Source: Podarcis tiliguerta
Taxonomy: Eukaryota
Strand: one strand, 5' to 3'
DNA length: 64,000 nucleotides
NCBI GenBank assembly: GCA_965153285.1
Contig: OZ229123.1
Shown: positions 1 through 12,600 of the stretch, in pieces
Numbering within the stretch: position 1 is the stretch's first letter
Layout: each line of letters starts with the position of its first letter
The notes under the pieces: model-generated
Databases searched by the model: none
Seen by the model: the letters and a program-made list of their open reading frames with translations, nothing else
Told to the model about the DNA's origin: nothing
Position numbers and translations under genes: made by a program

Positions 1-2083
1 TTTCCTGTCGGAAAATGTAGTGATGGTCACCAACCAGGAAGGTATTAAAATGAGATCAGAGGAATTCATGGAGGACAAAGCAATGCAGTGGCTACTAATC
101 ATGGCGGCTAGAAGCAGGAAGCCTCTGCATACCACTTGCTGGGAATCGTGTGTGTGGAGAGCTGCTCCTGTTGCACTCAGGTCCTGCTTGTGGGCTGCTT
201 CTCTTTAAGGCATCTGGTTGGCCATTGAGAAAACAGGATGCCGGATTAGACTGGCTTGACCCAGAAGTCAGCTTTTCTTATGCTCTTATGCATCATAAAA
301 ACAAACCTATTATTATAATAGGTTCCTTAATGGTCTTAGAAGAGCCTGCTGAATCAGGCTAATAGCCCATCTAGCCCTGCATCCTGTTCTCACAGATGCC
401 TGTGGGAAACCAACAAGCAGGAACTGAGCAGAAGTGCACAAGCACATCCTGCGGCAACTGGGATTCAGAAGCATTGCTGCCTCCAACAGTGGAGGCAGAG
501 CATGGCCATCATGGCTAGTAGCCACAGATAGCTCTCTCCTCCGTGAATTGGTCTAATGGTCTTCTAAAGCCATCCAAGTTGGTGGCCATCTCTGCCTCCT
601 GTCGGAGCAAGTTCCACAGTCAGCAGCCTTTGCCCCACACTCAACACTTGCCAAGCCTGCAAGATAAGATGTTCATCAGGAGAGTATATATGTTCGTGAT
701 GCAGTTGATTATTGCTGCTGAATTGTTTTATGGGCTTCCTCAGGGTCACTGGCAAATCGGGAACCCTTGAGGACAGACAGCTCAGGGAAACAGCAGTTGA
801 ACTATGCCGAGATGGCTGCTCATGCCTGCTTGCACCACTGATGAACCTGCACCCTGCAAAGTGCCAAGAGAACAGTTGGCTATCCTGTTTTAGAAAAAGC
901 AGCTCTTCCCCACTCTGGGACGTGTCCAGGGGGTTTGACTGCCTGTAAAAGGGCTTATCCTCTGTTTTGAACATTGCTCAAATGTCACCCTGGCTGATTC
1001 AGATCAGGAAGTGCTCAAAGTTTTTTTCCAGTCATCCATCAATGCCCTGTTATCACAGCCGAACAAAATAAAGTAATACAACGGGGAAACAATAGTTGGC
1101 AGCAAAAGGAGGGCACTTATGCCACCCCGACCTCAGTAAACAGCAAAGGCGTCACAAGTCTGAGTGGCCCAAGCAACTGCTGAGAATGGCCATAGCTACT
1201 GAGCTTGCATGCAGGAGGTCCCTGGTTCATTCCCCTTTAGCTTCTCCATGTAGTAGGGAAAGGAAAGGACAATACTCAGCTGGATGAGCCATTGGTCTGG
1301 CTTGGTATAAGACAGCTTCCTCTGTTCCTCTGCTGACCATCAATTCCCACACATCACACCTGAGCAACTCAGAAGCTTCTGCATCCTGCAAGCTGCTCCA
1401 ATGCATTTATGTTTACATTTTAAAATGTGCTCTAAGTTGCTCATAGGGCTTTGGGTAACAGGCAACTAATGAGTCAAACAAATGAATAAATAACCCCAAA
1501 TACTAACTGGCCAAAATAGGAAGCATGACAGCTTCATATTTTCCAGTCCTGACAACCCTTTCTTTCCATTTATCAACTCTGATTTACTTGAAGAATGAGA
1601 AAAATGAACCAACCTGCAGCTTCCTGAAGCAGAAGGGAGAGGTCTGTGCCAGATGACCAAGAAAAGGATCCTAACGTTCGTTAGGTGGAAGAAGTCATGG
1701 CTTGTAAAGTGAAAATACTTTTGATACTTCCAAAGAGTATCAAATTGGGCAACCTCCTGTGGGTGTAACGTCCCGCTATCGGACTTGCTGAGCTGGTTCT
1801 GGGAGTGCCACTGTGGTTTTGAGGAAAGGGAAGCTGATGGGTCTATGATGTGCCAAAACAAGATAACCACTGCCTCCACCCATCCACCCACCCACCCAGA
1901 GAGGCAGATGGGAAGGGAGCCCTATGCCCAGCAAGGGTTCCACCATTACCAGGTGCAGCAGAGAGGAATTAGGCAAGCATGGTGGTCACAGCCTGGAATA
2001 AGGGAGCCATCTCTCTTCTCAGTCGCAGGGTGCATGGGAGCAGCAAAAACAGCAAAGTATTGTGCCTCCTTAAAGACCAACAG

Positions 2084-3958
2084 GCTTAGAAGGTATAAAC
2101 AGGAAGCTCACCTTCCGTTCTGTAGAAAGATCAAAGCAAAGCCGCTATAAGCTGGAGCCTTTGAAAAGTGTTTTGCAAAGTATAAATTTTTACCGTTTAA
2201 GTTTCCTGAACCCCCCCTCGGAAGCAGGGGAAGAGGGGGAGATTCTTCTAATGGATTATTGAGCCCTGCAGGACAGTAAAAGTTGACTTAATTTATTACC
2301 GTCTCAAGCCTTGGGACCGGGCTGCCAGTCTTTATAACCTAAAAATAACAACAATGGAGGAATGGACTATACTTTTACAGAAGGAGGATCAGAGACATAT
2401 TTTTCAAGGCATTGATTTGTGGTTTTCGAAAGAAAAAAGGAGCGGAATGGTAAATTTTTGTAACTGAAGTGAATGGAAAATAACTAAAGTAAACTGTTGC
2501 TAACTGTTGCATGTCTGGGAACTGGGACTATTACATTGGATGGAAAATTCCGAGGAGACTGCAGATAAGAGAATCTGAACGTGACCTTGAAGGGCAGCAG
2601 ACAATACTGGGAAAACAAGCTTGAGAATATGGCTGAAAGAATAACAGCTCTCCTGGATCAAGTTTTAAATAAAGTGAGCATTCTTGAACAGGGTGTCTCT
2701 GATCTGAAGGAAAATGTATCGATTTTGGTACAGAATGGGAACAATTTAACAGGAGTGGCTCGAGAAAACGAATCAAATTCACAAAGTCAAGCACTGGAGA
2801 AGAGGACGAAGCAACCAAAACTGGCTCTGATTCTGCAAGAGGAATTTTATGTGGAAGCCTCAGTAACAGAGCCTCAAACTGATGGAGATAAATTTAAGTT
2901 CGAGGTTACTGAGGCTGAAGGACCGATTTGGAAAGGCAGTGGCCCTTGTGGTCTGAGTGATGCAGGATGGATGATCAATATGCTGGAGGGTGCCACTGCG
3001 GAAAAGTTTGGAAAGATGGATCATTGTAATCCCAAAGAGAATGTGGAGTACGCTGTGGAATACTTTTTGGCTTATGAACTGAAATATGAAGTTTGGGCAA
3101 GCGTGCTGAAGAGGATTAAAGGAGACGTTGGGAAAGAAGCTCTTTGGGATTTAGTCTCAGGCCGGAAAAGAAACTTGCAGGCAGTCCAGGGAGATGACTT
3201 GAGAGCCTCGGACATAAGGGAACCGGGTTAGGGAATTAATTTGTTGACAGGAAAGACTGATAAAATTTGTAAAAAGGACTGGCAGAATCCAAAACCAGGG
3301 GGATGAGATGGTGGGAAAAATTGGGAACCTTTAAAAATAATATTTAGTATAATATGGCATGATTAAGAACCTTTGGGAGATGGTGGAATGATTTTATCTG
3401 GCTTTAGTGGAAATAACATAAAGATAAGATACTAAGATATAAGGGTATATGATATTAGGATTTAAAAGTATAAGATCTAAGGTTTTTCTTTTCTTTTCTT
3501 TTTTCTTCTTATTTAGTGAATTGGAGTTGAGATAATTTCTTTTTAGATGCTTACTTAAATTGTGATGCTGACGAGAGAATAAGGTATAAATGGATTAAGG
3601 TAAATAAGTGAGTAGGCAGTGAAAGATGGAAAGAATTTGCTGACCTGATTAATAATCTGGAATACAAAAGGAGGTGGGAGGAGGCCGAGGAAATAAGTTA
3701 TTGAAAAATAGAATTTGAAAAATTGAAATCTATTTTTTCTGAATGTTTTTGTTTTTGGCTTTTTTCTTTTTTTGTGTGTGTGTTGGTGGGAGGGGTGGAG
3801 GGAGGGTGTGGGTTTTTCTCTGTTCTTTTTTTATGCATACTTGGGTTTTTGCCTTTCCCCCCTTATTTTCTCTTTTTTATTTTGTTGTATTTGATTCTAT
3901 TGTTGTTGTAATTTTTGTGTTTGTGGAAAACTAATAAATATTATTATATATAAAAAAA
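2084..3958 (+). mobile_element. L1-mobilised non-autonomous retroelement with a single ORF1-like ORF (HAL1-like)
   Basis: 13-bp TSD TAAAGACCAACAG (2071-2083 / 3959-3971) at a TT/AAAG site; AATAAA plus A-rich tail; T-rich 3' UTR; no RT ORF. Confidence 0.75.
2629..3231 (+). CDS. Retroelement ORF, 200 aa, with N-terminal coiled coil (L1 ORF1p-like)
   Basis: Open frame MAERITALLDQVLNKVSILEQGVSDLKENVSILVQ... with heptad pattern, inside the TSD-bounded element. Confidence 0.45.
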   Translation: MAERITALLDQVLNKVSILEQGVSDLKENVSILVQNGNNLTGVARENESNSQSQALEKRTKQPKLALILQEEFYVEASVTEPQTDGDKFKFEVTEAEGPIWKGSGPCGLSDAGWMINMLEGATAEKFGKMDHCNPKENVEYAVEYFLAYELKYEVWASVLKRIKGDVGKEALWDLVSGRKRNLQAVQGDDLRASDIREPG

Positions 3959-6900
3959 TAAAGACCAACAGATTTCTTACGGCACAAGCTTCAGTCCTCT
4001 GCAGTCCATGGAAGCTTATGCTAGAAGAAATGCTGGTCTTCAAGCGGAAAACAATATTGTTTTGTTACTATTTAGGAATATGACCCTCTTGTAGGACTGG
4101 GGGTTGGTCTGGATATTATTTTTGGGTCCCCTCCAAGCCTGTGGCTTGATATCTGTCAGATGGGATTCTGTAGAAGGAAGTTCTGAAGTGGTCAGACTAG
4201 TCTCTTTGTTAAAAAGCTGACAGGACTAGCCAAGTCTCTTAAGCATCTTTTTTACATGACAGAAGAGCTGGCCAAGTACAGGTGCTTTGTTGCCAGAAAC
4301 ACCCACCTAGCGGGGCTTCCACAAGGAGGGGGCAGACTCTCCCTCACTCGCTAGGACCGGGAGAGCAGGTTCAGGCCATAGTAAAAAAAACAAAAACATT
4401 TGAACCCCCACAGCAAGGGCAGATTGGCTAAAAATCTTTACACGGGATATACAATAAATGTGTTCTCATTTTTATGTTACTAATAGATATAATAATATTC
4501 ATACTTGCTGAGAGTATTGAGATCCTAATGATGCCAATAAAGTAAGCAGTCAAGACAATCATTGCTGAACTAGCCATGCACTTTAAATGTTTAACTTTTA
4601 TGTGCAGCCCACCACAATGTGTATCACACAACAACTTTGTTGTATTTGCACAGTGTTCACTAAGGAAAACATACTAACGAGACTAGGCATAATACAATGA
4701 GACTGCAGTCATACTGCCAAAGCACAGCAGTGAATGTTCATATAGAATCAGAAGTGCTTAGTTCACGGCGTAAGTTTGCAAGCCATTATACAGAATTGTG
4801 CGTGCATTGATCATGAAATATATACTTCGTTAAGAATTACATAAAACCAGTGCTGTTTTTCTAGAAAAAGAGGTGCTGGAGCTCATCATGAACTTTTCCC
4901 TTGTTCTCTTAGAATGGCAATGGCGCCCAGTTGAGAGGTGTTGGAGCTGAGCTCCAGCTGAAAAAAAAAATCCCAGCATCAAACATAGGCAAGGTAGTTG
5001 GGCCCCGGATCCCCTTTCCAGATCTCCAGCCCTGGTAATTTGTACCAGTTCCCACCCCACCACCACGCTTGTCACCTCTGCCCCTCACCTGGCTGGAGGC
5101 CACTTCAGCCTAAGCATAGGAGAGCAACTGGTCAGAGGCCAGTCTTGGCTTGAACTGGGAAGGCACAGTGGCTTGACACACTCTCTCTCTCTCTCTGCTG
5201 AAACCAAAGTCAGGACTTTGAGACCATCCTGGTAACCTAGCAGGGGAGCAAAACCTGTTGGGGGCAGGGAATGTTGTGAGCCCTGCCATCTTATGCTCAG
5301 CATAGACATATGTGTAAATAAACCTGTATCTCACCAAGACACTACCTTCTCCGGTGACCTTTGTTCCTAGGAAACCTAATCCGAGGTGGGTGCTGGCAAA
5401 CCTAAAGCCTCCCACCACTTGAAAAGATTTAGGACGCTCACTTTGTTTTGTGTTTACTTTTCTCATAGATCAAGAGATGGGGTGTCAATGCTTTGTCACA
5501 TGCTATATAATTGTTTTTTCCCCTGTAGTAGGTGATGTGCCACATCCTCCTGAGTCCTTGACTTTGCAAGCAAAGTTGGGGGAATCTTTCAGGGTGGGAC
5601 AAAGCCTGGTGAGAAAGTGGGAGGGTGGTCCTGCTGGACAGCCCATGGGCATGGTGTTCCTGTCCCTTGTTTCAAAGAGCTCACAAGCATCCTCCTTTGC
5701 CTCTTTAGGACTTAAAAGACCAAGGGACAGAGCATCATCCCCATACTTTTCTTGAGCTTCAAAAACAGTCTCTCTGCAGCCTCAGGGGAGTGAAGTCCAG
5801 AGGCCTGGGCAGAAAGTTGCCCTAGAGACCTGCCAACGGTTAACTCTTCTGAGGCTTGATGACTCCTTCCCTTCCCCCTGGACACTCCGCCCCAGCTGGC
5901 CACACACGAGTCCCCTTCCAGCTTCGGGTTTTCCCAGAAAGTTTCCCATATTTCATGCTGTGGAAGTTTGTGCACAGCTGTTCTGCGCTGAAGGAAATTG
6001 CCTCACCCAAGTGACACAACGGATCACTTTCAAGAGGCCTCATCTGGGCTACCCTCTCCCTTCTGAGAACTATGGCCAAGGCACAGGGAAGGCAATGAGT
6101 CAGCCAAGCCAGGCAGTGTTTGAGGCTACAGCCAAGGAGCAAGGAGCAGACATGTGGGAACTAGTCCTCAGTGGCAACCAACCCTTATTTAATCCGCCTT
6201 GAGTTTGCACTGACACAGCATTCTACTTGTCAGCTGCAGCAAAAACAAGTCTCTTGCAGCACCTTATAAACAAGTGACAATAAAATAGCTTGTCTTTGAA
6301 GTGCCAATAGGCTTTGCTTTTGAGACTGTGGCATTATGAGGGGAGGGCTGCCAAACCAATACACAGGCTTAATTGCCGCATACAGGGCTGCCCCTTGGAA
6401 GAGGCTAGCTGGTACAGAATACCACAGGCAGGTTACTTATTGCCACTGGCTGCTTGGAAATACACTGCACTGGCTTCAAAACAAATCCAAATTGGCTTCA
6501 GCTGTTTCCAGGCACAATTCCAGGTGCTGATTTTTGACCCCTAAAGCCCTGCATCACTTGGGATGGATCTGAGCTCCCAGGAGAACCTGCCTGTTTGTTT
6601 AGAGTTCAGTCAGAGGCCTTGCCACAGGTGCCCTTGGCTGCAGGTGTCAGATGAATGCATGACAACCAAAGACACCCCCCTAAGCCATTAAGCCCTCCCC
6701 CAACACACATCCCAGTAACACTTGCCCTGACACTCATATGATCAGCTTCCAGCCACCAGGCAGAGGTTTATTCTCCTAAGCTTTTAAGTGGAGCAGTCCA
6801 TTTGGGGGGAGGGGGGAGCCTTTTTTGACGTTGCAGTGGTTGAAGGGGTCAGAAAGCCTTTGCCAATCAAACACAAATTTCCCCAGAGAACTACCAGGAG

Positions 6901-7665
6901 ATCCTCTCCTCTCCCTTCTGACTGCCCGTGTCCTGAAGACATGAAGGCAGAAGCCCTGGCATAAGTTCCTCACTCCAACCACCCTTTGCAGAGAGATGCC
7001 CAGGGCAGAATTTGCTGCACTTCTAAAGGCTTCCTTTGCTTTGAAAGCTTATCCTAAAGGCGCCACCTTCTGGCAAAACCAGGCCAGTGAAGCAAAGGAA
7101 GAAAAAAGGGGGTTGTTTTCAAAGCCTGCCCGGTCAAGGAGCCTGAGAAGAACCTGCTTGGTTGGGCCAAAGGGGGCACATCTAGTGCAGCGGCCTCTCC
7201 CCATAGCGGCCAACCAGATACCCCAGAGAAGAAGCCCACAAGCTGGTCCTGAAAGCAAGAGCAGCGCTTTCCCCATTTTCATTTCCCAGCAGCAGGCATT
7301 CAGGAGCATACATCCTGCTCCTGACAGAGGGGAAATAGGCATTGTGGCCAGGAAGGGCAAAATTAAGGGATGGGGGGGGGCAGCTAATGAATGCTGACTT
7401 TTTAGCCCCCAGCCTAGCCTATGTTGCCATCATGATTCAACCTTTCCACAACAATACACCATTAGGGGTCTACAGTGGCTTGGCTCGTTGATGCAACAGT
7501 CTCTAGGAAATCTCCCCCACAACCACCTGGTGGTCTTTCTGGGCCCAGAGGAGAGATATTTAGATCAGGATAGAGGGTGGTCGCAGGTGCCCAAGAAACG
7601 GCCAAGGAAACAAACCCCCCCCCCCCACAGAAAGAGGCAGACAGACTGGGGGGAAATGGAAATAT

Positions 7666-7671
7666 TTTATT
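7666..7671 (-). terminator. Candidate ARPIN polyadenylation signal AATAAA
   Basis: TTTATT on + strand about 1.9 kb past the stop, followed on the minus strand by a G/T-rich tract. Confidence 0.4.
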
Positions 7672-7872
7672 ACAGAATGTATACAGAGCATTGAGCAGAG
7701 CTGAAGTTCTCCTACCAGGCCTTTCCCAGCTCCTGCCTGCTTAGCGCAGGCCCAGAGGCCAAATGGCAACTGTTAGGACTTCCTCCACCAAGCTGCTGCT
7801 GCCCCCAAAGAGAGCAGCTGAAGATCGCATCCTGTAGCCACCTTTTGGAAACATCCAGAAGGAATTAGGGGA

Positions 7873-8070
7873 GGGGCCATAGCTCGGTGGTAGAACATCT
7901 GCTTTGCATGCAGAAGGTCCCAGGTTCAATCCCTGGCAGCATCTCCAGGTAGGGCTGGGAATGCCCCTGCCTGAAACCCTGGAGAGTGGCTGCCAGTCAG
8001 TGTCACCAAAACTGAGCTAGATGGACCCAAGGGCTTGACTCAATGTAAGGCAGTTTCCTGCATTCCTATG
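7873..8070 (+). mobile_element. tRNA-Ala-derived SINE (Squam2-like); degraded copies near 1185, 9985, 22250, 22420, 27800, 41070, 44330, 53855
   Basis: GGGGCCATAGCTCGGTGGTAGAACATCTGCTTTGCATGCAGAAGGTCCCAGGTTCAATCCCTGGC head (A/B boxes) followed by a shared body and TTCCTATG tail. Confidence 0.8.
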
Positions 8071-8269
8071 TACTTAAGGAAAGGCCTCCACCCACCTTTC
8101 ATCTTATACATACAGAGATATGACCAAACTCTACCACCCCAATCAGGTGTAAATCTCTAGTGTGAAATGGATATTATGCTCGATGGACTGTTTTCAGTAT
8201 TGATGGAACAACCATCAAGTTGTATTTTGTTAAATGTGTTTATTGATTTCACACACAAAAAAAAGTTAT

Positions 8270-8800
8270 TTACGAAATGGGTCAGCCTCCATCGATAAGG
8301 GCTATATTCCATCTCTTGGTACAATATATGACAAATATATTCAGCTGGTCCAGAAGGATCAGACTGAAGAGTGGGTGATTATTTATGTATGCAACAACAG
8401 CAGCGCGGATACTATTGGCTCAGAGACGGAAAGAAGATGAAGTCCTGACCAGAGATGAATGGTTGATAAAGATGATGGACTATGCTGAAATGGCGAAAAT
8501 GACTGGGAAAATCAGGAATATAGAAACTTTAATAAGGAATGGGGGGAAATTACAACACTGCAAACAATTAAAAACTTTGGCAGAATTTGTGTAATGTATA
8601 AAAAACTAAGGTAAAAATGGACTATTTTAAGAAAAATAGAGAAAATATATGATGCAACAGAAAAAGTTTGATAATGGAAACCATGGAGGGGTAGAGGGAA
8701 GTCTAAGGATTCAATGAATCCTAAATGTTGATGGTTATGATTAATGTTTGAATTCAAATGTATAGTGTAAAAGTGAATAAAAAAGGTTCTTTTAAAAAAG
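8270..8800 (+). mobile_element. 5'-truncated L1 fragment (ORF2 C-terminus and 3' UTR)
   Basis: YATTAARILLAQRRKEDEVLTRDEWLIKMMDYAEMAKMTGKIR is typical of the squamate L1 ORF2 end; AATAAA and A-rich tail. Confidence 0.75.
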
Positions 8801-9601
8801 AAGAGAGGGCTGAGCATGGGCAGGAATACAGGAGAGAAGCAGAAGGAAGGTGTCGTCCAAGCACCAAATAAAAGCCCCATGAAGCTAAATCCTAGGCTGC
8901 CCCTTGGATCACCAGCACATGATGGTGAATCCCGCGGCTGCTCTGAGGAGGAAACAGTCCAGTGAAAGGCATGTGGCACCAAATGAGAACACAAAGCAGG
9001 AACGGACCAGCCGGCTGCCTTCTGCAGTTGCTACCACTAGCCATCGCCTGCTGCTATGGTGACACAGCCATCGCCTGCTGCTTGCCCACAGCATTTGGTA
9101 CTCAGAGATGGAACCACCCTGTTCCAATAGCCTATTTCAGCACTGTAGCCAGAGACACTGACCAACCTGTCCTCCACACTTGTGGCTGGTCAAGCTACCT
9201 CTGTTGCTCACGCTGGTTCTCCCACTGCATGGCACTCAGTGGCTGGCGGCCATGACTTTCTTTGGTCTTCCTGAAACTGCTACCAGTAATTTTTGGTATG
9301 CTGCTGAAGGGCTGAGGCTTTTCCTCCAGGGGCTGGGGTAGTGCCTGCCGTAGAAGAGCCCACAACTAGCCTGGGGCAATGTTTAAAAGTAAAATCTTCT
9401 GATCTGCCACCCTCAGGCACCCAGGAAGAATCATGTAAAGAGATTCAGGAAGGCTGCAGGAATCCCAGCCCTGCTGAGAGGGCACACTCCCTCCCCACCC
9501 CCAAGTGTCCCCCTCCTTCCCTATAAGCTTTAGAAACAGAAGAATAGAGATGAGTCCAGGAGCTGCAGGGAGTCATTTGCATCCTCTCAGTTCTTCTTGC
9601 C

Positions 9602-9610
9602 TCAGTCATC
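9602..9610 (-). CDS. ARPIN: ARPIN terminal coding segment (DD-stop)
   Basis: ttctctgcAG|GAT GAC TGA completes the EWDD acidic tail. Confidence 0.9.
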   Translation of the reverse strand, partial: DD

Positions 9611-12600
9611 CTGCAGAGAACAGCAGCAGTTATTCCAAGGGACCCCTAGACAGGCTTTGTTCCCACCCAGGGCTCCAGGCACAGGCCCCTGAAGTCAGTC
9701 TGGCTCCTGGGCTGGAGCAAATCCATGAGTTCCCAAGTCTCAGCCCATGCCAGAGAGAACCCCCTGCCCTGACTGCTCAAGTGGTCATCCACATACCCAT
9801 TCGGCATCTTCCGCACCATCCCCATGCCCTCGGGGCTCATTGGACGGCTCCCCGTGATCCTTGAAAGCCAAGATGTTGTCTGTCCAGGACGCCCCGGTCT
9901 GTTGGTCACCAGCAAAATTGCACTTGGTCACTGTCCCCACATCCAGCTTGGCTAAGGAGACTGGAAAGGAGGAAAAAAGTGGCAAGAGCTAAGTGGCAGT
10001 GCAGCTGCTTGGCATGGGGGTTCAATCCCCCATGGCACCTCCAGGTAGGGCTGGGCAAGACTCCTATAGAGAGCTGCTGCCAGCCAGTGTAGGCAGTACT
10101 GAGCTAGATGGACCAATGGCCTGATTCAGCTGAAGGCAGCCTCCCACGTCCCTGAAGTTTCTACATGGAATATAGACTGGAGGAAGGAGTCTAGTCACAC
10201 CAGGGTGTCCCCTTCCAGAAAGTGTTGGTGCTTTTGCAAATCCAGGTCCTAGCATGAGGCTGGCTCAGCAGGGATGGTAAAAGGGTAAAGGGGTTGACCG
10301 GGGAAAAGAGGCTTTGGGGCAGCAGCTCTGCCTGCAGCACTTACAGACAAAGGGTCCATCTCCCAGAGTCCTCAGGCTGATCTCCATCCCCACCTCCAGC
10401 TCCATCTTCTCCATCTCACTCTCAGGCAGCCAGAAGGCCACAGCCTGGCTGGGTGTGTAGGGCTGCGTCACCTTCACCAACTCTGGCTTGGTCACCAGGC
10501 ACTCCAGCTCTTCTGGGGCCAGCCTGTCGGTCTTGCCCTTGGCCTCCACCTCTGTCCATCACAACACAGAAGGAAAAAAGACAGATGAATACAGGGAGGG
10601 CCTTACCCAAAGGCCCAGGCACACACACACAGGAGCCATCAACTCCTGGTCTTAGGCTGGGGACCACACCTGCCCTCCTTGAAAAAAGCCTCCTACACCC
10701 AAGCAGATCCTAGAGCAATCTTCACCAACTTGGTACCCTCCAAATATTTTGGGGCTACAGTTCTACAAAGGGATGTGGGTGGCGCTGTGTGTTAAGCCAC
10801 AGAGCCTAGGACTTGCCGATCAGAAGGTCGGCGGTTCAAATCCCCGCAACGGGGTGAGCTCCCGTTGCTCGGTCCCTGCTCCTGCCAACCTAGCAGTTCG
10901 AAAGCACGTCAAAGTGCACGTAGATAAATAGGTACCGCTCCGGCGGGAAGGTAAACGGTGTTTCCGTGCGCTGCTCTGGTTCGCCAGAAGCGGCTTAGTC
11001 ATGCTGGCCACATGACCTGGAAGCTGTACGCCGGCTCCCTTGGCCAATAAAGCGAGATGAGCGCTGCAACCCCAGAGTCGGTCACGACTGAACCTAACGG
11101 TCAGGGGTCCCTTTACCCTTTACAGTTCTACAACCATGCTGGACAGCTTGTTCCACTGCTGAGATGCTCTCAATCTCCCCACCCCACATGGCAGGAGAAA
11201 TTCATGAGAAGAAGAAAGGCAGATCACATGCTGAGACACCCCAGTTCACTACCCAGGAAAACAGGGCAGCCTCCCAAGTCTGCTCTGCAGGAACACCACC
11301 CTCTGCTCTGCTAAGGCAGACCAAGGAGAAGCTTCTGGGCAAAACTCACTGTAGGATGCCATGAGGAAGCCAGTATTGACCTTCCGAGTTTCGCTGAAGT
11401 TGGGCTCCACCTCCTTCCCCTGGGGGTCAAATTTGCGGCGATGAACAAGCCTTGGCCTGATGTATAGCACGAAGTAGCGCTCCTGGGGTTTGGGAAGGAC
11501 AGAGAATCTGCTCACTCTGAGTCTTCAGAAAACACCATCACTTTTGACTGTTGTTACCACCTACCAGTGCTATTGCCACTACATTTGCAACTCTGTATTA
11601 CTGTGGATGTAAAAAAACTGGAGCATGTTGGCATTCACCAGCCAGTGTTGACAATCCCCGGCACCAGCCATTGTCAACAATCATCATGAAGAAGACAGAC
11701 ACAAAAACAAAAACTGCTCATTTCTAGTTTCCAACAGTCACAGAACCAATGCAAAAATTACAGTAGATTGCGCAAAATAAATAAATCACACTCACAGCTA
11801 GCAAGAATGAATTACTCTATATTTCTTCCTCTAGAACAATATGCAGGGTATCAGTGTCATACAGAATGAGGGTGAGTGAGCTGGAACCTGAACCAGACAA
11901 GGCAGAGCTGCTCCTGGAAAATCGAAAGTCAGATCAGGGAGCTGAAGGAGAGTTGGTTTTGCATGAGGCTGCACTTCCACTGAAAAACCATGGGGTTCCT
12001 TGCTTAGGGGCTGCTCCCTAGATTCTTTTCTAGATCCCTAGAGGTGTTTTTTATTCAACTGAGGTTGGTGCATCAAGCCCACCTCTGCTGCTCCTGGAGG
12101 TGCCAGCTCTGGCCCTGGTGAGACATGCCTTTGTTACATCTTGTTTGGGAGACTGCTACATGGGTGACTCTACGTGGAGCTGTCCCTCAAAGATTGTTCA
12201 GGAATTGCTCCTGGCTCAGAATGCTGCAGTCAGGCCCTTGACAGGGGATGAGAGAAGGCCTGGGACTCTCAGGTGACAACAGCTACCATTGCCTCCCAGA
12301 CCATTTTCAGCACAATTCAATGTGCCAATTGTGACTTATAAACCCCTAAAAGGCTCAGGGTTAGACTTCCTGAAGGTTACTCTACTGCACAGCCCTTATC
12401 TGGTATTGCGGTCTTCAAGAGAGGCCTTTCTATCTGTCCAGCCAACATCTGATGCACACTGCTGGGAACTCGAGAAAAGAGTTTCCCCAGAGACTGCATC
12501 CAGAGGCAGGGAGAAGGCCATATAGTCCCCCTTGAGGAGGACTCCATTTAGCCAGGATAAACCATCTTCATTCAAACAGGTGTTTGGCTCACTAGGCTGG

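Noticed and set aside
2038-4050. Penelope-like terminal repeat remnant (split by the 2084-3958 insertion; another near 6230) that might hold a hammerhead ribozyme
   Set aside because: The CTGANGA...GAAA catalytic core is not present.
5040-5440. Possible solo LTR (AATAAA near 5317, CA end)
   Set aside because: Could not define a TG start or TSD with confidence.
7873-7947. tRNA-Ala(TGC)-like sequence
   Set aside because: The acceptor stem is disrupted and it continues into a SINE body shared by many degraded copies; a SINE head, not a tRNA gene.
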